DNA of 64,000 nucleotides from the human T2T-CHM13v2.0 reference genome, Homo sapiens. The position numbers were made by a program, and so were the translations under genes. Below the pieces are notes generated by a model. That model did no database searches. It worked only from the letters and a program-made list of their open reading frames with translations, and was not told where the DNA came from. Shown piece by piece: positions 47,597 through 64,000 of this stretch (position 1 is its first letter; every line of letters starts with the position of its first letter). The stretch lies in assembly GCF_009914755.1 (NCBI RefSeq), contig NC_060934.1; one strand, written 5' to 3'.

Positions 47597-49324
47597 GGGT
47601 TGAGCTTTCTTAAAAAAGTCAGTGACAAACGAATAGGACAACTTTTGTGACTATTTTTTTAAAATTGCCATGTTTGAAATCATAAGATATTTAAATTCCA
47701 TCAGCTAAAAAAAGTCTACTCAGAATCTGCATTTATGTTTTCATAAATATTGTAGTGTAAGAAATGAATGCATTTTAAGTATTTGGATTATTGGTAATGT
47801 GTGTTACTTGTATGGTTATATTGCCCACAAAAGAATTTGTCATCTTTTATTTTTGTTATAAAGGAGATTGTGGAAGAAATGGAGAAGCTCATCTCCGTCA
47901 TTCCCAAAGGGGAATCTGTATTTAAATTCTTGAGCTTTAAGCTTTCCTTGCCTCTTGGCATTCATAAGTAAATACGTGTGGAGAAAAAGCAGAGTAAAGA
48001 CAATTAGATCAGTATGATAACACAATGCTACTGACTCATAACAGTTTATATGACCACTAGCTAGCACTATGCTACCACGTCAACTTAACGACTGAAAAAT
48101 GACAATATTGAAAATCTCAGGGGAGTTCCCTTAAGCTTTAACTCATTCATTCATTCACTCACTCATGTGTTTATTCATGAACGTGTGCTATGAGCCAGCA
48201 CAGCTAGAGCATACTGATGATACACATACCCATCTAGTTATTTGTAAGATTTTTGATTGGCATGAACTGTGATATCTAAGGCAGTTTTATGTAGTAGATC
48301 TTTTCGGGGAATTTCTTGCCCCATGTTTTTGCAACAACACTTATTTTTGTTCCTTAAAATATGCTTTTCCCCTAAAATTCATTTGAGAAAGCTAAGTAGA
48401 TTGGAGAAGAGTAGTGGTACTGGCTGGTTCCCAGTTTCTATAATGTGCTAGGCTGCTTTGCTTTCTGTTTTAAAAACGCACACTCATGGCCTGTTACAGA
48501 GCCTGCATGCTGAAGAATTTTTAGTATATGAGTTAAGGAGTGAATAAGAGGCATAAGATTTGGTATAAATGATTTTTCATTTTATATCTCTCTATAGATC
48601 TATTGTCATTATTTAAAATTGCATTTTGCAGGAAAAATATTAAACTGCATGTCCCTTTTTGGTCCATTGGCCTGTGAGATTTCTCTCGCAGGGCTGTGGT
48701 TCTTCCCAGCTCTTGCTCCCGGGGTGGGTGTGGCTGTCTGGTTGTGGCTGCTGATGTTTCTGTGACACAGGACATAGCAGAAGCACGTGGTATTCTTCCC
48801 GTTTCCCTTACTCCCTTCTGTGTTTAAAATCTTTAAATATTATACAAATAGCACACTCATATATGCTTAATATAAAACTTCAAGCCATGCAAAGTGAAAG
48901 CCCCTTCCAGATATTTCTCTGTTTATATACATATACATATACATATATCATTTATATACATAAATGAAATCCTACTATTATTCTACATTTTGCTTTTTAT
49001 ATTTAATATTCTGTCTTGGTGATCTTTCATATCTGCCTCACTCCTTTTAATTACTACATAGTATTTCATTAAAGGTATATATCATTAATTTATTGAGCAA
49101 TTGCCTTATTGATAACATTTAAGTTGTCCCTCAAATCACTTTTTGTTACTACAAACAATACTGCAGCTAATATTTTTACATATTCTTTGGATATGTGCAT
49201 TATTTCTATAGGATGGATTCTTTGAAATGGAATTGCTTGAGTCAAAGAGAATGCACATTTACATTTTTGATAGCACTAATAGGGAGTTCTATACACATGC
49301 CAAGACATATATAAGATTTTTGAG

Positions 49325-55460
<6,136 letters not shown>

Positions 55461-56561
55461 AGAAGCTGTCAGGATGTCTCCAGAGCTCATCTGAGTGGAT
55501 AAAATATCCAGTTTGTTTCAAATCATCCTTTTTCATTTGAATCCTCAGGTATTATTTTTGTGTGTGTGTGTTGGGGGGTGTTCCTGAGACCCTTGAAGGC
55601 CCCTGATAGGCCAGGGAAATTAAAGTTCCAGTGACTGCAGGGAGTGAGGAGCTGAGTAAGAAGAACTTACGTTGCAAGTCACTGTTCTAAGTGATAATGG
55701 CAAAAACCATTTAGTCCTCATTTTTACAACCAAAATTTATTACTATCCCATTTTACAGATGAGGATAATGAGGTGAGATTTAACTGTAAATTATTAACAT
55801 GAAAATACAGTCTTTAAAATTTCTAAAAATAATTTATTTTTGAAATAGCAAACAATATTTTTACCTTTAAAACATATTTACAAATTTAATGTCAGAAAAA
55901 GCATTCTAGGAAAACTCAGTAGAATTTAATGTGCAGACCTCTTTATGGCCTAATAATCTTAAAAAGACTTAATACCTGCTCTTGAGCACATTCCAACCTG
56001 GGTATACTCAAACTTTTGTTCAAAATGGATTTTAAGAACGTAGATTTTTCCTTGTAGTAAATAAGATTAATTTTGCTAGCCCAGATCAACTCTTGGACTA
56101 TGTGAAAATGCGAGTGGCTAGTATTCGCATGGATAGACTCAAATTACCCTGAGTTGGCTGGCCTGAACCATGTATGTAACTCACACTTTCTCCTTGCCTG
56201 TCCTTTTGCACTGCAGCAGTATCTGAGTTGATCATCTTTTTGGTAAAGGTTTCTGCCGGTTCCTTGGACTTCTCAAGAAGTAGTTGTTCTGACAGCATCC
56301 CCTAACATATCCCCCAAGGAGACTCATGCTGGAACCACATAGGCTCAAAGAGCACTTCAAGAAAAAGAAGGCCTGGTCTGGAATGAGAATAGTGGTGGTG
56401 TGGGTAACCCAATTTCCTCTCTTCTGAGAAAAAAAGAAATTCAACTGTATGGGTAGAATATCCTTTCCCAAAGCAATTCCAAGATGTTAGACAAATTTTC
56501 GCAGTAAAAAAGATGACTGAACACAGAAATACCATTTAGGACATAAAATGGAGGCCAAGGA

Positions 56562-56894
<333 letters not shown>

Positions 56895-57322
56895 TTATTT
56901 TCAGAACCATTATTAATTCCTAAGGGCCCAGTTAAGCAACATTTTTATAACAATACATTTTAAAGGCTATTGCACAATACTACATTCTGGACTGACAGGG
57001 TAGTAAGTGCTTGCTTTTACTGAATGCTTCATACAATTTTCTTAAACTTCAGTGCTATGCTATGTATTAGTTTATTTTCAGTGTCAAAATCCTTCATTTA
57101 CGAAGAGTTTTTAACAGAGGTATAATGGTGATAAATCAATATTAATATAAAAAAACAGACATTATGAAAAGGTAATATTCACTGTGTAAATTTGCTATGT
57201 GGTTATTAAAAAATTCACTTACATGAAGTCAATTCAATTTGGAAAACGTATCCATTGACTGCTCTCTACTAGGAATAAGCTAAATATTGTAAAAATAAAA
57301 TAAAATAAAATAAAAACAATTC

Positions 57323-57379
57323 CTGCCCTCAAGGATACCACTACTGTCTCTGCCCTCAAGGATACCACGACTGTCTCTG
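57323..57379. repeat. 27-bp tandem duplication CTGCCCTCAAGGATACCAC(T/G)ACTGTCT x2
   Basis: Two adjacent copies with one mismatch. Confidence 0.9.
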
Positions 57380-58866
57380 AAATCACAGAACTGGGGATGG
57401 AGGGGTAGTCACTGGGAACAACGTTCTATGCTTACAGCGTTAAGTAAATGCGGGACGTGAAGCAGATGATACGGGCTTTGATTTTCTCATCTGTGAAACA
57501 AGAAAATTAAATTTAATTTAGAAACAGTGAAGGCATTTTCTCAAAAGTTTGTATACTTGTGCTTCTCTTTCTATAATTCACATTCTATTCTACCCTAAAT
57601 CTTATTAATAAGCAAGAATTCTAATCAGACATTAGTAATCCCCTGATATAAATGTATGTGCACAGCTGGTACCACACTATTACAACATGATGACTTTAGA
57701 CGGTGCCAAAAATGCCATTTACATGGAGGCCATGTATGCTCAAAAGGTTTTCAAAAGTTACATTTATTGACGTGTTCACATTACTGTGTTGTTTTGGAAA
57801 ATAGCCAAGAACCCATCTGCTGAATTTTTTTAGACCTTTGGTGTGGAGGTATCTTACTTGTATTCCAACTTAACCACATACCAAGACCTAACAAATCGTT
57901 TATTAGAACAACACTAAGACATCCAAACCAATAAATTAACAGGTGGTGCCTAAAAATTGAGTTTTTTTGTTTCATTTAATCAGTTAGTTTAAGCAATTTT
58001 AGTTTTCCAGATGTGCTAGGTATTGAATCACCTCAGAGAAGAGTTTGAACAAAACAGATATTGTAAAACTTGGTTTTTATTGCTAAAAATGGAAAGTCTG
58101 AAGATTGGAAATTTGACCTAATATTAGCCTCAGATGGAAACAAATTCAAAGCAGAGCCTGGAGATGGGCGGCGTCCAGGATGTCATCACCTGCACTTCCA
58201 AGGGCTGCTGTGAAATGAGGAAAATCACCTCCTGATCTCAGCACCAGGCCTGAGCATGCAAAGTCCCAGGGATGCCTAGGTTCTGTATTTACCATTTCAA
58301 CAAATTTCCTCCTATCACTGATTCTGAAAACACTTTCAAAAAACACACAAATATGTGCTTTCATATATTAACAGACGATAAAAGAACAGAGGGTGGTTAA
58401 GAGCTACATGGAACCATGCTTGAAGCCCATTTCCACTTACTTGCTCTCTGACACATACTTGATCTTTCTGAGATTTCATTCCAAATTGATAAAATAGAGC
58501 TTTGTGTAGTGGCAGCTTCTGACATGAAGCAAGGCTCTCAGAAAGTGTTGCCTCCCCCTTTCCTTCCTATGCTGCCTCTTGCTTCTACATTGAAAAGCAG
58601 TCTGGTGCCCTCTTCTAATGAGACTGAAGCAAAAAGGAATAATGGATTAGCACCTCCAACTAGAGACTAATCAGAAGGTCCATACTGAAAGAAGTCCTGA
58701 CCACAAAAGTGGACTACCATGAAAGCCTTCAAAGTTTTATACATGAGGAACCATGTCTTGGACAAGGGCACACATCAGTATACCTGTATTAAACATGTGG
58801 TGTAGAGGATAGACCCTTCCTATTTCAGTGAAATTAGAGATCATTTGATAGATCACAAAATTTTAG

Positions 58867-59125
58867 GTTTTTTTTTTTTTTTGAGATGAAGTCTCGCTCG
58901 GTTGCCCAAGCTCAAGGGCAGTGGTGCGATCTCGGCTCACTGCAATCACTGCCTCCCGGTTTCAAACAATTCTCCTGCCTCAGCCTCCTGAGTAGCGGGA
59001 TTACAGGCGCCCGCCACCATGCCCAGCTAATTTTTGTATTTTTAGTAGAGACGGGGTTTCACCAGGTTGGTCAGGCTGGTCTGAAACTCCTGACCTCGTG
59101 ATCCGCCCGCCTCGGCCTCCCAAAG
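58867..59125 (-). mobile_element. AluS, truncated
   Basis: Antisense Alu consensus. Confidence 0.88.
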
Positions 59126-59191
59126 CGGCAATTTTCAGCAAATTGTTCAATTTATGAGGATCAAAATGTATGTTTTATAAAATGAAAATGA

Positions 59192-59504
<313 letters not shown>

Positions 59505-59824
59505 TGGTATATTTTCAAGGTGGTTACCAATCAAGCTAGAATAACCTGGTGCAAATAGTGAAGTGGTTAGAATTAATAGAGAAACTTGGTCCCTAGAGTA
59601 GGATTTAAAAGTGAGTGGTCTCTGTTGCAGATTTTGGTTAATTTTAGATCCCAGTGATCTTTACAGAGGAAGGGAGCACAAATATCTATTATAAATAGCA
59701 TCAGAGATTCTATTTTTAGATTGTTAACTAAAGGAGTTTCTCTTTAATTTAGCAAGAGAATGCTTGTATTCCATTGTTACTGAGTATCCAAGACAAGTTG
59801 ATTATGTATTAAATTCCAATGACG

Positions 59825-60125
<301 letters not shown>

Positions 60126-60557
60126 CTAATGATGATGAAACAGTGTGATAACCATATTGGTATTGGTGACAATATTATTGAAAAAAGTTTTAAAAATAAA
60201 ACCATAAGACATATGATCCCTTGAAATAATAACAATAAAATTTAATCAGCAATAGAATTTTCCAAATCATAGGAGAAAATTGTATGATGTATTGGCAGGA
60301 GAAAAGTTTAGTGCAGGGCAGCAGGTGCTGTGTGTAAGGAAGATTGAGATAAATTATTTAAGTTTTCAGAGTTTTTATACTTGTGTAATATTCAGATTTA
60401 CCCATGCTTTAGAGCACAGAGCAAATCCCTTCTTTTCCTGTCCATGACTTAAGAACTTCTTCCTACTCTTCTAGTGCATTAAAAAAGTCTCAGTTATAGC
60501 ATTTTGCACAATCTAGTTTGTAATCCCACCTAAAAATTTATGACAGTCTTTTCCCTC

Positions 60558-60875
60558 TAGAGCAATGGTATCCAATAGAAACATAATGTGAGTGACTTAT
60601 GTCATTTAAAATTTTCTAGTAGCCATATTTGAAAAGGTAAAAAATGTAGGGATAACAAGTTTAGTAATATTTTAATTTTATCTAAAATAGAATGATTTCA
60701 ATGTATAGCCAATGTAAAATTATTAATGAAATATTACATATTTTTCATACTAAGTCTTTGAAATCCATTGTACATTATATAGTTAAGGTACATCTTAATT
60801 TGGACTAACCACATATTAAGTGTTCAATAGATACACATAGGCAAGTGGCTACTGGTTTGAACAGAAACGCTCTAG
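60558..60875. mobile_element. MER33-like hAT-Charlie element
   Basis: TCCAATAGAAACATAATGTGAG...GTGGCTACTG motifs with CTCTAGA(G/A) flanks. Confidence 0.6.
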
Positions 60876-61685
60876 AACTTATTTCTCTACAATGTACCTT
60901 ATTATTTTTAGAATCTTCTGTAATACCATGAGTAACATTTGGCACATAAGAGATACTCGGTATAAAAAATATATTGAATTAAGCTTATCTTTAGTTATTT
61001 CAAGGCAATGAGATCAGTGAGAATCTATGAGTAGCTTTAACCATGCAAAGAAGTTCTTGTCTCAAACAGGAGCACTGACCTGGGCCAAAATCATCCTGTC
61101 CAATGACACTTCTAGAAGCACATGAAAACATAAGCATGCTAGTGAGAGTTAAATGGGCCCAGAAACAAGTGCTGGGCATTTGTTTGACGGCCCAGTGGAT
61201 TCTGCTTTGACTCCAGCTCTGAGTGTGAACCATCCCTTCCAGGACGCTGACCTGAGTTTCCTGGCCATGAGGCACACCTCTTTCACTGCATCTGGTACCC
61301 GGACACTGAGTAACCTTCCCTTCCTTTTGAGGTAGCACTGACTCTTGGACTCTGGCTTTAGAATTCTTTGAAATTGGACCAGGAGAGGCAAGGACACTAA
61401 ATAGCATCCTTTATCCCTTAATCTTTAAGTAATCACCAGAAAAGCTGAACAGAAAAGCACTGGTGTAGGCCAGTTCTTTGAAAGGGGAGCTCCTCAACCC
61501 TTTTCTGAAGCCAGTGTGATAATATATCCTCAAGAGCTGAGGTCTTTAAGCCACGGCATCTAAAAGCAAGGATGAGTTACTAGACTGACCATGAACTCAA
61601 AATCCACTTTCAGTCCTCCAATTTATAAACCTTCTTCTGTGACCCAATAGACTTGTCTAAATTCCCTGATAAAAACTTGATAGTT

Positions 61686-61993
<308 letters not shown>

Positions 61994-62041
61994 AAAAACT
62001 TGATAGTTTGCCAACAATCCACTATTTTGTAGTCTAGTTAA

Positions 62042-62322
<281 letters not shown>

Positions 62323-62324
62323 TA

Positions 62325-62612
62325 ATGTTTATATATGTTATATATTTATATATATAAATATGTTATATATTTATATATAATATATATATCTATGTTATAT
62401 ATTTATATATAATATATATATCCTGGCCAATATATAATATATATAAATATATAATATTTAATATGATATATATAATAAATATATAATTATATATTGTATA
62501 TTTATATAAAATATATTATTTTACATATTTATATATTATATTTTATATATTTATATATTATATTATATATATTATATATTTATATATTTATATATATATA
62601 AATATATATAAA
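62325..62612. repeat. ~290-bp AT-rich (TA)n-like tract
   Basis: Almost only A/T, with alternating TA runs. Confidence 0.9.
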
Positions 62613-62856
62613 TTTTAAAAATCATTTTAAAATCATTTTGTTTAAAATCATTTTGTCTTTAGGACGACAGTTTGCTTTAAGTTGTTTTCTTTGAAGAATA
62701 TTAATTTTAGGTTATCCCTACGTGACTATTAATTGCTGTCACCAGATACTGTGAATTTATCTTTTTTTAATTCATAGTGTATTTTTATTTTTAATTTGTA
62801 TAGGTAGAGGGAAGAAAGACATCTTTAATTGGATTAACATTTTAGTTCATTAGATA

Positions 62857-63153
62857 AGCCCGCCTGCGAAGTGGCTCACGCCTGTAATCCCAGCACTTTG
62901 GGAGGCCAAGGTGGTGGGATTGGCTGAGGTCAGGAGTTAGAGACCAGCCTGGCTAACATGGTGAAGCCCCATTTCTACTAAAAATACAAAAATTTAGCAA
63001 GGTGTGGCTGCAGGCGCCTGTAATCCCAGCTACTCAGGTTGCTAAAGCTTGAACCCCAGGAGGCAGAGGTTGCAGTGAGCCAAGACTGTGCCACTGCACT
63101 CCAGCTTGTGCAATAAGAGCGAAACTCCATCTCGAAAGACAAACAAAAAAAAA
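62857..63153 (+). mobile_element. AluS with internal deletion
   Basis: Alu consensus. Confidence 0.85.
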
Positions 63154-63816
63154 GGTAAGCCATAGGTGAGCAATAAAGAGAAAACAGATAGGCTTTTGAT
63201 TCACACAAGACTGGGTTTAATTTCTAGCTTCCTCACTTCGCAGGTGTGACTTTGCAAACATTACTTAACACCAAGTATGATTTTCTATACAAAAAGGAGA
63301 ATAATAATATGTCCTTTAAGGACAGTTTTGTGGGAATAACATTATGAATATTAGCAGCATTTAATTCAGTGTCTCATACATTCTCATTAGCATCATTAAC
63401 TGAACTTGCTATGACTACTACTAATATCATTACTCCTAATATTGTTTTAAGCCTTCAGATGGCTCTCATTTGTCTGACTTCTAGCTGATTTTGAAGAACA
63501 AAATATTTTATCAGACTAAGGAAGAAATAGAGAATTCTTCACTTAAATCTTTGCGTCTTTAAGATTCGTGAACAGAGCATATTTTCTTGCCCTTCAAAGG
63601 ACTTTATGTTAGCCACTTCTAGTATGCCATATCCCAGTGGGACGTGAGTCTTTCTGCCCCTTCCTTTCAGCCTTGGTGGTGATTTACAAGGATAAACACT
63701 TGAGCACTCAACATACTTATGTTTATTAGTACACGTAAATGGTTAATTCTACACTGACAGGCACATATTAAATTGGTTCTGTTCCTAATAATGAAGTTAT
63801 ATCTTTGTTATTTTAG

Positions 63817-63954
63817 CACAGCCCTCATGCTTGCCGTATGTCATGGATCATCAGAGATAGTCGGCATTCTTCTTCAGCAAAATATTGACATCTGTGCTGA
63901 AGATATGTGTGGAATGACTGCAGGAGGTTATGCTGTTGCTAGTAGATTTAATCC
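63817..63954 (+). pseudogene. Orphan ANKRD30-type (ANKRD26/POTE family) ankyrin exon, 138 nt, dead donor
   Basis: TALMLAVCHGSSEIVGILLQQNIDICAEDMCGMTAGGYAVASRFN closely resembles ANKRD30A TALMLAVCHGSSEIVGMLLQQNVDV as recalled. Acceptor ttttag at 63816; donor reads ATTAGT instead of GT. Confidence 0.85.
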
Positions 63955-64000
63955 ATTAGTGTTTATATTTAAAGGGTAGGTGAGATTTCATAGTTTGTTT

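Noticed and set aside
45539-47641. Cluster of ORFs
   Set aside because: All derive from SVA domains.

Overview
Hominid, very probably human, genomic DNA with no intact protein-coding gene. The content matches my recollection of the chr10p12.1 LRRC37A6P / ODAD2P1 (ARMC4P1) region; this locus assignment is inference. From left to right: (1) 1-~3019, minus strand, the 5' half of a processed pseudogene that preserves a spliced chimeric mRNA: BPTF exon 1, a 98-nt exonised Alu, then the large LRRC37 coding exon with stops and frameshifts. (2) An inverted (twin-primed) L1 fragment and a solo ERV9 LTR12 with a CCAAT array and an expanded GC-rich VNTR. (3) A partial duplicate of the ciliary gene ODAD2/ARMC4 on the plus strand: CpG island with an RFX X-box, the ATG exon (frameshifted) and three later exons (one with a dead donor), with the intervening and all downstream exons missing. 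(4) A full-length SVA with a perfect 15-bp TSD and a full-length dead L1PA with no TSD. (5) An inverted Alu pair and an AT-rich tract next to an orphan ANKRD30-type ankyrin exon with a dead donor. The rest is mostly Alu, L1, MaLR and MER repeats. Protein comparisons rely on remembered sequences and were not aligned computationally.
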